From positions 96,617 through 160,616 of the forward strand of contig JALRLV010000002.1 of the NCBI GenBank assembly GCA_023268715.1: a DNA stretch of 64,000 nucleotides, given 5' to 3'. This DNA is from Candidatus Thalassarchaeaceae archaeon (GTDB lineage Archaea; Thermoplasmatota; Poseidoniia; Poseidoniales; Thalassarchaeaceae). The notes under the pieces are model-generated. The model was given only the letters and a program-made list of their open reading frames with translations. It had not been told where the DNA came from and searched no databases. The position numbers were made by a program, and so were the translations under genes. Below, piece after piece: positions 38,486-46,734 of this stretch (position 1 is the first letter of the stretch; each line of letters starts with the position of its first letter).

Positions 38486-38812
38486 CCGAGGGGTTCATCA
38501 AGGGACCCCATAACCCATTGACGCCCGACCGGCAACACCATGCCGACGAAAGCCCCACGCCGGAGTTAGTAGGATGAATCATGGTACCACGGAACGGGAT
38601 TTGCCGTATGTCGAAGACCGACGTGACCCACTGCTGGGGAATGATCGTCGGGGCAAAACATGCGGTCGGATTGTGATGGGTCCCCGGACGACCGAGAACG
38701 GAAGAGACCGGAATGACTTACGGGACAACCCCACAGTCCAACAGACGTCCCGGGGTGGGTCAGGTGCCCGAGCATTGCGATGAAAGTCACCGTTACGCCC
38801 CGGGGCACACAC
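38486..38812 (+). ncRNA. rnpB: Candidate structured RNA, best guess RNase P RNA
   Basis: A GC-rich block sits in an otherwise AT-rich spacer, and the ORFs across it look spurious. Helices found by eye: a hairpin CGGCA-ACACCA-TGCCG (38530-38545), followed by GACGAAAGC (38545-38553), which resembles CR-I GAGGAAAGUC. CCCACGCCGG (38554-38563) pairs 9/10 with CCGGGGTGGG (38750-38759), and the latter is preceded by ACAGA (38741-38745), as in CR-V. CGCCCGA (38522-38528) pairs with TCAGGTG (38760-38766). A T5 run lies at 38813-38817. Confidence 0.5.
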
Positions 38813-38852
38813 TTTTTCCAAAGGCCTCAAGGCTTCACACACTGGGTGGTTA

Positions 38853-39869
38853 ATGATGCACTCCCTAGGATTGGTTGGCGGCACTTTCGACCGCTTCCAT
38901 GCCGGGCATCGAGAATTGATTGATTACGGCCTTTCAAAGTGTCAAAGGCTTGAGGTATGGTTAACCAGCGATCAAATTGCTCAGGCAAAAGACTCACGAA
39001 TCCAATCATGGTCTGAAAGGTCAAAACAATTTGTGGAATCTATTGGTGAAGAATCATCTAGAATATCCATCCATCTACTGGAAGACGAAGACGGACCTGC
39101 ACCATTGCACGAGAATGCATCCGCGATATTGTGCACACCAGAAACATTAGCCGGCTGCAAGCGAATTAATCAGATGCGTCAGAGTAATGGTTTGGGTAGT
39201 CTTGAAATTTTAAACGTCGAACATGTAATGGGGCATAATGGTAAACCAATCTCTAGTTCAAGAATACGCAAAGGTGAGATTGACAGAGATGGCCAACCCT
39301 ACCTTCCAGAGGATATTGGCAAAGCCGATTTAATCCTGACAAAAGAGGTCGAATCTAATCTAAAAGATCCATTTGGTCAATTATTTGAGGGGCCAGAGGA
39401 CGATACGAGTGTGGCAATCCGCGCTGTTCTAGAAGAAACCTCTGGTAGCCATGGCCCAATCATCGCAGTTGGTGATGTCACTGTCAAAGCCTTGCAAGAT
39501 TTTGGTAGCCCAGCAGACATTGCATTAATCGATGGTAAGACCAAGCGACAGGAATGGGAAGGGGCATCTACAATCGATTCTTCTCTATACAGTGAGAATC
39601 TCACCTGTAAGAATCCTGCCGGTCAATTAACTGCTGAATTGTATCATGCTTGCAAAGGGGCGATAGAAGCTTGGAGTAAAGAAAACAAGACGACAATAAT
39701 CGATGTAGATGGTGAAGAAGATCTTGCACCCTTACTTCTCCACCCAATGGCTCCCTTGGGTGCTGTTGTTCTATATGGTCAGCCAAACCGTGGAGTTGTT
39801 CTCCGATGGACTGGCTTTGATTCCAAATCACGCTGTAGAGAACTTATAGCAGCAATGGATAGAGATTGA
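38853..39869 (+). CDS. Fusion of phosphopantetheine adenylyltransferase (archaeal PPAT) and GTP-dependent dephospho-CoA kinase (DUF359)
   Basis: 338 aa. The N-terminus GLVGGTFDRFHAGHRELI carries the HxGH nucleotidyltransferase motif, and ISSSRIR is also present. The C-terminus LKDPFGQL...IAVGDVTVKAL..ADIALIDGKTKR matches the DUF359/DPCK pattern. Confidence 0.7.
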   Translation: MMHSLGLVGGTFDRFHAGHRELIDYGLSKCQRLEVWLTSDQIAQAKDSRIQSWSERSKQFVESIGEESSRISIHLLEDEDGPAPLHENASAILCTPETLAGCKRINQMRQSNGLGSLEILNVEHVMGHNGKPISSSRIRKGEIDRDGQPYLPEDIGKADLILTKEVESNLKDPFGQLFEGPEDDTSVAIRAVLEETSGSHGPIIAVGDVTVKALQDFGSPADIALIDGKTKRQEWEGASTIDSSLYSENLTCKNPAGQLTAELYHACKGAIEAWSKENKTTIIDVDGEEDLAPLLLHPMAPLGAVVLYGQPNRGVVLRWTGFDSKSRCRELIAAMDRD

Positions 39870-39877
39870 AAAGACTT

Positions 39878-40408
39878 TCAAGATTCGGCCTTATCCAAAA
39901 TATTCAGGCCGAAACCGAACATGAACGGAATCACGCTGACAGCGAATACACCAGGGTCAACCCAGGTATTGTTTTGTGCAGACCAGGCAAGGTAGAAGAT
40001 TATTGCAAAGACAATCATCCAATCCGCAACAGTCTTTCTTATCCCGTGTTCACCGGAAAACAGTCCAGACATACAGTTTGGTAAACCCTTGATTGCTGAT
40101 ATTGTACCGCCTTCTACGGCCTTATTCATGCCTAAATGACCTACAGCAACCAAGACAACTCCAAGAATACCGAATGCAATATCGTCGACTACAACTGATA
40201 TTCCATCATGGTCGGTGTATACGTCACCCAGAGATCCATTACTGAGGAATCCAAGCCATAGTGCCTTGAATCCTGGAGAATATGCGCCAACTACAACGTT
40301 AACAATTGTCAGTAACAGTACCCATCCGCCTAGCAGTAGCATAACTGTAGAAGCGGTTCTACTTGGGCTGGTAAGCGCCGAGTACCAGTCGTTGTTAGAG
40401 AGCGACAT
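39878..40408 (-). CDS. Polytopic membrane protein (hypothetical)
   Basis: 176 aa with about 5 hydrophobic helices. No recognised motif. Confidence 0.5.
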   Translation of the reverse strand: MSLSNNDWYSALTSPSRTASTVMLLLGGWVLLLTIVNVVVGAYSPGFKALWLGFLSNGSLGDVYTDHDGISVVVDDIAFGILGVVLVAVGHLGMNKAVEGGTISAIKGLPNCMSGLFSGEHGIRKTVADWMIVFAIIFYLAWSAQNNTWVDPGVFAVSVIPFMFGFGLNILDKAES

Positions 40409-40443
40409 CGGATTCGGCGACCTTAGAACTTGGTTTAACCGTT

Positions 40444-40461
40444 GAGGCCCTTAAGGGCCTC
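40444..40461. other. Perfect 18-bp palindrome GAGGCCCTTAAGGGCCTC between cdc6 and the downstream membrane-protein gene
   Basis: It has 7-bp arms around TTAA. Its function is unknown; it could be an RNA hairpin or a protein-binding site. Confidence 0.3.
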
Positions 40462-40510
40462 GATAATTGTAGCAGAATGGGTCGAGAAAACTATCCAATT
40501 GTGTATTTTC

Positions 40511-41749
40511 TCACAAATGGCTCTGCAATCGGTAGCGACAACGAGCGGCTTCTGTGATTAGTGGGTCAGCATCACTCATCGTGGTTATTGCATCGACTGT
40601 CTTTGGGATCGCAGAGTTGACCTGCTTGCTTCGGCCACCTCTTCCTTTGCTGACGTTTCGAGCCATAATCATACCAAGGGTATCCAATTCATTTAGCAAG
40701 GTGGAAATTCTCCTTGGGGTTAACGGTTCGACATTAACATTCAGACAGGCATCTGAATAGGTTCTGTATACTTCACCAGTAGAGATGTTACGAAGTCCAT
40801 TGTCCTCGTTTATTCTAATTGAGAAGAGTACCAACTTCTGATGAAGTGGAAGAGTTTGCAATACCGGAGTTACTTGGTCGTGCTCCAGTTGAGATTGTGC
40901 GAGCCTTACATGTCGCGGGTCGACCTTTGTCTGAGAGCGTTGTTCTGCCTTTTGCACTGAAATCCGTAATAGGTCCAGAGCTCGACGAGCATCTCCGTGT
41001 TCCTGTGCAGCCAGGGCGGCGCAAAGTTGTACAACACCTTGTTCTAGAACTTCTTCCCTCAGACCAGTCTTGGCTCTCTCGGTTAGAATATCCGTAATCT
41101 CGGATGCCCCATATGGGTGGAAAATCAAATCCTCTTGACCGAGTCTGCCGGATACTCTCGGGTCGAGTAATTGCGTAAAGTGCAAATCGTTACTGATTCC
41201 TATTATACAACATCGTGAGCGTTTCAGAATTGTATTGAGGTTAGTTAAATTGTAGAGCAGATTATCCCCTGCGCGTTCGACTAAATTGTCGATTTCATCG
41301 AGTACGATAATGTGAACGCCTCCAGCACGATCCATTCTTTCGACTAGAGATTCTAGCACTCTGTCAGTGGGCCATCCAGTAAATGGAATTGGTACATCTC
41401 CACGCTGAGATAATTTTGTCGCCAAAGTCTGAACGACTCTGTAGCGAGTATCAACCTGCCTACAATTGATTTCGTAGGTCCTCACAGGTTGCCCCATTTC
41501 ACTTCCCTTTTCTCTGAGTTGACCTAGAACGAATCTCGTAACCACAGTCTTTCCTGATCCTGGGACACCATAGAGGAGCATATTGGATGGTATGTGGCCG
41601 TTGAGGGCATCGACTAAATTTCTCACAAGCGCTTCGACTTCACGGTCTCTGTGAGGTAATGTAGTAGGTTCGAAAGCGTGGTCGAAGGCTTTCCTATCCA
41701 GAAATAGGGAATCTTGCCCTAATATCTTTTCGAAAATATTTCCTTCCAT
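40511..41749 (-). CDS. cdc6: Orc1/Cdc6 replication initiator
   Basis: 412 aa. Contains LPHRDREVE, LLYGVPGSGKT (Walker A), IIVLDEIDNL (Walker B), and a C-terminal winged helix (GMIMARNVSKGRGGRSK). Confidence 0.95.
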   Translation of the reverse strand: MEGNIFEKILGQDSLFLDRKAFDHAFEPTTLPHRDREVEALVRNLVDALNGHIPSNMLLYGVPGSGKTVVTRFVLGQLREKGSEMGQPVRTYEINCRQVDTRYRVVQTLATKLSQRGDVPIPFTGWPTDRVLESLVERMDRAGGVHIIVLDEIDNLVERAGDNLLYNLTNLNTILKRSRCCIIGISNDLHFTQLLDPRVSGRLGQEDLIFHPYGASEITDILTERAKTGLREEVLEQGVVQLCAALAAQEHGDARRALDLLRISVQKAEQRSQTKVDPRHVRLAQSQLEHDQVTPVLQTLPLHQKLVLFSIRINEDNGLRNISTGEVYRTYSDACLNVNVEPLTPRRISTLLNELDTLGMIMARNVSKGRGGRSKQVNSAIPKTVDAITTMSDADPLITEAARCRYRLQSHL

Positions 41750-42155
41750 TTTTTAACACGCAACCGTTTATCATACCAAGTTTACTAATTCGTCCTATGT
41801 CGGGAGTCATCGGAAGCAAACGCGGATTCTTCACGAGGGCGTTAGTGGTAATGAAAGTTGCCGGACCTATGGGGAAGAAATGCCTCATTATGATAGTAAG
41901 TAAAATGTTAATGAGATATTCTTCCGCCTAACATATTTTCCTTAAAAATAACAATGATTTCTGGAATTAATTAGATTCAATGCCTCATTCGCTTTACTTT
42001 TTTCACCAAAAAAAAAGCAGTATTTTGTAATTGTCGCTAGCGTAATTGAATTTATCTCCGGGAGTTTGTTTTATCGAACTACTTTTTTGCTCAAATTTAT
42101 TCTATTTCCATTCTCTCTACAATTTGTACTTATTTATACAAGTTATTTTTATCAT
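41750..42155. other. Putative replication origin (oriC) adjacent to cdc6
   Basis: This is a 406-bp largely AT-rich non-coding spacer. It holds an imperfect inverted repeat, GGAAGAAATGCCTCATT (41873-41889) and AATGAGATATTCTTCC (41910-41925), and a third AATGCCTCATT at 41979-41989. A T6-CACC-A9 tract lies at 41998-42016, followed by long AT-rich runs to 42155. Confidence 0.5.
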
Positions 42156-42974
42156 TTATTTTCTAACATGAAAATAATCGCCATTCTCTTCAATCACCAA
42201 TTCGTCTCCATCCTCAAGTTGGATGATTTCAGGCTTCAATTCAGGTCTCGGAAAACCACCTGCGTGTTGGACAGCGTTGGAGTAGTTATGAGTTACTAGA
42301 ATTGTTGCATTCGGATGCCGTTCAGCCAGTGAGTTGACTTGACTCGGATTGTGATGATTAGGACTGTTTACGAAATCTGGCACCCCCATTTCAATCAGGA
42401 TTACATCAGCTGCTGCTGCACGATCTTCAATCTCTTGACAAGGCCCAGAGTCGCCGCAATGTAGTAGTTTGAATCCACTCTTATGAGTCATTAAGTAGCC
42501 ATGCGGGTCGGTTTCGGGAGTGTGTGTTACTCGAAACCTCTCATAACTCCATTCCGAATTTTGTAATTCTCCAGATTCGTTTTCTACCCATTTAATGTCG
42601 TCATTTAGAACTTCATTCAAGCTTCCTGGAAACCCAACATGACTGAGGTTCGAAAGAATCTCTCTCCCCTTCGGTCTAAGATAGACATTCAGAGAATTTT
42701 CAGCGTTGGAAACTACCTTTCTTTCTAGGATGAAGAATGGGAACCCGAACATATGATCTGCATGCCAATGTGTAAACAATAGATGGTCAACTTCGTCGCT
42801 TGAAACACCCGCACGTCGTAATTGTGGTAGTAATGTTGGAGGAGTATCTACCAGTATTTTGCCATCGATTAAAACTAGCGCGTGCATTCTCCCTTGAGGT
42901 GAAAATGCGTTCCCTGTGCCGAGGAACTGCACGCGAGGCATGACTCTCCATGTGACGTCTATGACTTGAGCCAT
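42156..42974 (-). CDS. Metallo-beta-lactamase-fold hydrolase
   Basis: 272 aa. Contains LLFTHWHADHMFG (HxHxDH) and a downstream HCGDSG. Confidence 0.75.
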   Translation of the reverse strand: MAQVIDVTWRVMPRVQFLGTGNAFSPQGRMHALVLIDGKILVDTPPTLLPQLRRAGVSSDEVDHLLFTHWHADHMFGFPFFILERKVVSNAENSLNVYLRPKGREILSNLSHVGFPGSLNEVLNDDIKWVENESGELQNSEWSYERFRVTHTPETDPHGYLMTHKSGFKLLHCGDSGPCQEIEDRAAAADVILIEMGVPDFVNSPNHHNPSQVNSLAERHPNATILVTHNYSNAVQHAGGFPRPELKPEIIQLEDGDELVIEENGDYFHVRK

Positions 42975-43047
42975 TCGGGTCTTGACGCCCGCTAAGCGGG
43001 CGAACCTTTTGCCCCTTGTTTTGATAAACGGACTTTCGCTCGGCGGT

Positions 43048-44340
43048 ATGCTGGTGAGTGCAATGTCCGATTGGAGTGCAAAGAATCCGTATACCTCTAA
43101 GTTAACGGAAAATTACGTCCTCAATGGCGAAGGTTCGAGAAAAGAAACCCGTCACATAGTATTCGATTTGGGGAATTCCGGACTCGAATACAAGGCGGGA
43201 GATGCGCTGGGTGTGATTCCTAGATGCCCACCTGAATTAGTCGAGAGACTACTTTCAACAGCCAACTTCAGTGGAGATGAATTGGTTGAAACCCACCTTG
43301 GAGAGGCAACCTTGAAGGAAGCACTGACCGACCATTTAGAGATTCACAGAATCTCAAAGAAATGGATTCAGAATCTCGGTAGTAGAATGGGTGGTGACGA
43401 ACCAGTGGAGATAACAATCACTCGCAGGCATCGAGTTTCAACGGAGGACGGAACTCTGTTGGTAGATTGGTCCGGCTCAGGAGAAGGCGAAGATGTTCCA
43501 CAGGGATACGAAGAAATTGGCGCTGCCTGTGACCCCGCTGAGGCTCTATGGAGAGATCTTACTGACAATGCAGATGCGATGGAAGACTACATTTGGTCTC
43601 GCGATTACATCGATGCTATGGATGATTTCGGCCACTTTGGATTTACAGCGCAACAATTTGTGGATGGAATGGATCGATTGAAGCCACGTCTATACTCTAT
43701 CGCGAGTAGCCCAGACCATGAGCCTGGAACAGTTCATTTGACCGTGGGAATCGTACGATATTCTCACCACGAACGTGATAGGACCGGTCTCTGCACAGGA
43801 TTTTTGGCTGACAGGTGTGATGTCGAAGACACAGAAATTGGTGTATTCATGTCCCCCACACGTTCTTTCATTCTACCAGAAGATGGCAACACAGATTGCA
43901 TAATGGTCGGCCCAGGAACAGGAATTGCTCCTTTCCGAGCTTACCTTCAACAGCGTGATCTGAATGGTGACAAAGGTCGCAATTGGCTATTCTTTGGTGA
44001 CTGGACTGAGGAAGGAGAATACTACTACCGAGATGAAATGGAAGACTGGAAAGAACGAGGAGTTCTTGATCACCATGACTTAGCATGGAGTCGGGCCGGA
44101 GATGAGAAGGTATACGTTCAACATTTGATGGCAAAGCATGGTGAAGAAATCTGGAATTGGATTGATGGTGGAGCCTATTTCTATGTCTGTGGAGACAAGA
44201 ATTACATGGCTAAGGATGTACACTCAACTCTTATTGAAATCTGTGCAGAACATGGTGGTATGTCCCCTGAAGAGGCCAAGGAATTCGTCGAGGTTGGTAT
44301 GATGAAGACCGACAAGAGATACCTACGCGACGTCTATTGA
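43048..44340 (+). CDS. FAD/NADPH-binding reductase module of the CysJ / cytochrome-P450-reductase family (no flavodoxin domain)
   Basis: Contains SRKETRHIVFDL, RLYSIASSP, GPGTGIAPFRAY and YFYVCGD, and ends in RYLRDVY. The ORF is open from TTG 42982, and the ATGs at 43048 or 43063 are likelier starts. Confidence 0.75.
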   Translation: MLVSAMSDWSAKNPYTSKLTENYVLNGEGSRKETRHIVFDLGNSGLEYKAGDALGVIPRCPPELVERLLSTANFSGDELVETHLGEATLKEALTDHLEIHRISKKWIQNLGSRMGGDEPVEITITRRHRVSTEDGTLLVDWSGSGEGEDVPQGYEEIGAACDPAEALWRDLTDNADAMEDYIWSRDYIDAMDDFGHFGFTAQQFVDGMDRLKPRLYSIASSPDHEPGTVHLTVGIVRYSHHERDRTGLCTGFLADRCDVEDTEIGVFMSPTRSFILPEDGNTDCIMVGPGTGIAPFRAYLQQRDLNGDKGRNWLFFGDWTEEGEYYYRDEMEDWKERGVLDHHDLAWSRAGDEKVYVQHLMAKHGEEIWNWIDGGAYFYVCGDKNYMAKDVHSTLIEICAEHGGMSPEEAKEFVEVGMMKTDKRYLRDVY

Positions 44341-44417
44341 TTGGCAGCATTTGTTCTTCCCGGCCGCCTATGGCGGTCGCCGAACTATACATAGGATTCA
44401 ACCTACAGCGAGGTTTG

Positions 44418-45755
44418 ATGTTCCGCAGGGTGCTGATTGCCAATCGAGGCGAGATAGCCCTGCGAATTTTGCGTTCTCTGAGGACATTAGGAATCGAGGC
44501 GGTAATGATTCATGGTCGTGAAGATCGGTTAACAACCCCGGTAAGGTTAGCTGATGAGGCAATTCACATAGCCCGTGATGATCCTTTAGCATCCTACTTG
44601 GACATTGAGGCCATTGTCGCCGCCGCTAAAGAAGTCGGTGCCGATGCTGTTCATCCGGGGTATGGATTCCTTGCAGAGAATCCTATTTTCGCTGAAAGGT
44701 TAGCTGAGGAGGGAATTACATTCATCGGCCCCAGTCCAGAGGTATTGAGAATCCTCGGTGACAAAATTACCGCTAGAGAAACTATGTCCAAGGCTGGCTT
44801 ACCGATTGCCAAAGGTTCACCTGGGCCTGTTTCCAATCCGTCGGAAGCCGCAGCGATTGCCGATGATATCGGCTTCCCTGTAATTATCAAGGCAGCCGCA
44901 GGTGGTGGTGGAATAGGCATGCAAGTGGTAGAATCTGCCGAGGAATTTGAATCTGCGCTAAATCTATGCCAAGGCCGAGCCCTTTCTGCCTTTGGTGATG
45001 ACAGAGTCTTCCTAGAGAAATTCATCGAAGGCGCTCAACATGTAGAATTTCAAGTCCTTGGAGATGGAGAAGATGCTATCCATTTCGGCGAGAGATTCTG
45101 TTCCATTCAACGCCGTCACCAAAAAATCTTGGAAGAAGGCCCCTGGCTCTCTGAAGAAGTTAGAGCCGATATAGGCGGACGCGTTGTAGCAGGAGCCAAG
45201 GCTGTCGGTTACAAAGGACTGGCAACGTTCGAATTCCTCAGGGATTCGCACGGGGAATTCTACTTCCTCGAAGTTAATCCTCGAGTTCAAGTTGAGCACA
45301 CGGTTACTGAGATGATAACTGGACACGACCTAGTTTCTCTTGGAATCAGAGTCGCTTCAGGAGATAACCTACCGTTTTCTCAGGATGATATTGAGATTTC
45401 AGGCCATGCTATTCAGGCTCGAATAAATGCTGAGGACCCGAGAACCTTGGAACCATCACCTGGCCGACTTTGGGAATGCCATTGGCCTGCAGGTCCAGGC
45501 GTTAGGGTGGATACTCATGCTCACACAGGCTACGATATGCCTCCATCTTTCGATTCCTTACTCGCTAAACTGATTGTTTGGGGAAGAGATAGACAAGAGG
45601 CGATTAGAAGACTAGATGCCGCCCTTGCGGAGACTATGATTTTGGGTGTTGAAACCCTTATTCCATTACATAGAGCGATTCTATCAGAGGAAGACTTCCG
45701 AAATAGAGAAGTGACAATAAGGTATCTTGAAGAACACCCAGACTTGTTGAATTGA
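44418..45755 (+). CDS. accC: Biotin carboxylase (acetyl-CoA / pyruvate carboxylase subunit)
   Basis: Contains VLIANRGEIALR, HPGYGFLAEN, IIKAAAGGGGIGM and LEVNPRVQVEHTVTE. The ATG at 44418 is preferred over the track start at 44337. Confidence 0.9.
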   Translation: MFRRVLIANRGEIALRILRSLRTLGIEAVMIHGREDRLTTPVRLADEAIHIARDDPLASYLDIEAIVAAAKEVGADAVHPGYGFLAENPIFAERLAEEGITFIGPSPEVLRILGDKITARETMSKAGLPIAKGSPGPVSNPSEAAAIADDIGFPVIIKAAAGGGGIGMQVVESAEEFESALNLCQGRALSAFGDDRVFLEKFIEGAQHVEFQVLGDGEDAIHFGERFCSIQRRHQKILEEGPWLSEEVRADIGGRVVAGAKAVGYKGLATFEFLRDSHGEFYFLEVNPRVQVEHTVTEMITGHDLVSLGIRVASGDNLPFSQDDIEISGHAIQARINAEDPRTLEPSPGRLWECHWPAGPGVRVDTHAHTGYDMPPSFDSLLAKLIVWGRDRQEAIRRLDAALAETMILGVETLIPLHRAILSEEDFRNREVTIRYLEEHPDLLN

Positions 45756-45764
45756 AGTGATATT

Positions 45765-46730
45765 ATGGACATGGTAATCGTTGGCTCAATCGGTTATGAT
45801 GACATACAAACCCCTGCTGGTAATGGGTCAGACCTTCTTGGTGGCGCGGCAGTGTATTCTGGCCTCGCAGCATCTTTTCATCTTCGAACACATGATGAAC
45901 AGCCAACCAAAGTTGGTCTTGTAGGTGTCGTCGGAGATGATTTTGCAGTCTATGATCAAATGATTTTGGAGAAAGCGGGATTGAATTTAGCGGGAGTTGT
46001 ACGTGCTGAGGGAGATACATTCCGGTGGTCTGGTAAGTATGAAGGTGCCATGGAATCTGTCGAAACATTAGCAACAGAAGTAAATGTTCTAGGGGATTTC
46101 AATCCAATTTTACCAGAGGTTTGGACGAACCCAGAAGTTCTCTTTTGTGCTAGTACCCATCCTTCTACTCAGGTTGCGGTTTTGGATCAATGTCCTGGTG
46201 CTCAATTGACCGTATTAGATACTTTCATGCTATGGATTGAGACTGAATTTGAGACATTGAGCGAAGCCATGCGTAAGGTCGACATCGTAGTGATTAACGA
46301 ACAGGAAGTATGCGCTATAGCTGGGGATGATATTCTACCCCGCGCAATGAAATCAATAATCTCAGGTGAGGCTCTACACGGCGGTTCCGCCGCCGGGCCA
46401 GGTCCTCGTTGTTTAATCGCAAAGCGTGGAAGCGGTGGTGTTCTTGCAATGCTTCCTGCGGGTACACTGTCATTACCAGCATATCCAACTGATGAGATTG
46501 TCGACCCCACAGGTTGCGGTGATTCATTTGCTGGCACGCTAATTGCATATTTGGTTGGAAGGCAGGGTGTTTTGACTGATATTGAAGCAATCAGAAATGC
46601 ACTCGTTCATGCAACCGTAACTTCTTCTTTCACTTTGGGTGGACTAGGAATTTCTGGAATCTCATCGATCGACCGTGGTATCTATCACGCACGTGTAGAT
46701 AGGTATCGAAGAATAGCCGGAATAAAGTGA
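45765..46730 (+). CDS. PfkB-family carbohydrate/nucleoside kinase
   Basis: 321 aa. Contains GGAAVY and DPTGCGDSFAG motifs. Confidence 0.75.
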   Translation: MDMVIVGSIGYDDIQTPAGNGSDLLGGAAVYSGLAASFHLRTHDEQPTKVGLVGVVGDDFAVYDQMILEKAGLNLAGVVRAEGDTFRWSGKYEGAMESVETLATEVNVLGDFNPILPEVWTNPEVLFCASTHPSTQVAVLDQCPGAQLTVLDTFMLWIETEFETLSEAMRKVDIVVINEQEVCAIAGDDILPRAMKSIISGEALHGGSAAGPGPRCLIAKRGSGGVLAMLPAGTLSLPAYPTDEIVDPTGCGDSFAGTLIAYLVGRQGVLTDIEAIRNALVHATVTSSFTLGGLGISGISSIDRGIYHARVDRYRRIAGIK

Positions 46731-46734
46731 GTAA

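Noticed and set aside
38486-38812. Assignment of the structured region as SRP (7S) RNA.
   Set aside because: One hairpin (CCG-AGAA-CGG flanked by CCGG/CCGG, ~38683-38713) superficially resembles SRP helix 8. However, the near-universal GNAR tetraloop and the AGG/AGCA symmetric-loop nucleotides are absent on both strands. The order of long-range helices fits RNase P better. The question remains open pending a covariance-model search.
35011-38852. The idea that the wHTH module is an integrated element inserted next to the RNA gene.
   Set aside because: I could not find an integrase, a transposase, a duplicated RNA-gene fragment or flanking direct repeats by eye. The idea is kept only as a testable possibility within the module finding.
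38566-38884. Three overlapping ORFs (38566-38808 minus, 38574-38783 plus, 38579-38884 minus) in the GC-rich spacer.
   Set aside because: They overlap one another on both strands. Their products are Arg/Pro/Gly-rich, as expected from random translation of GC-rich structured RNA. None has a start context or recognisable motif. The region is better explained as an ncRNA gene.
41694-42299. ORFs 41694-41888 (minus) and 42066-42299 (plus) in the cdc6 upstream spacer.
   Set aside because: They are short, with Phe/Ile/Leu-rich or otherwise unstructured translations of AT-rich DNA. They overlap cdc6 or the MBL hydrolase gene. The region is better explained as origin and promoter DNA.
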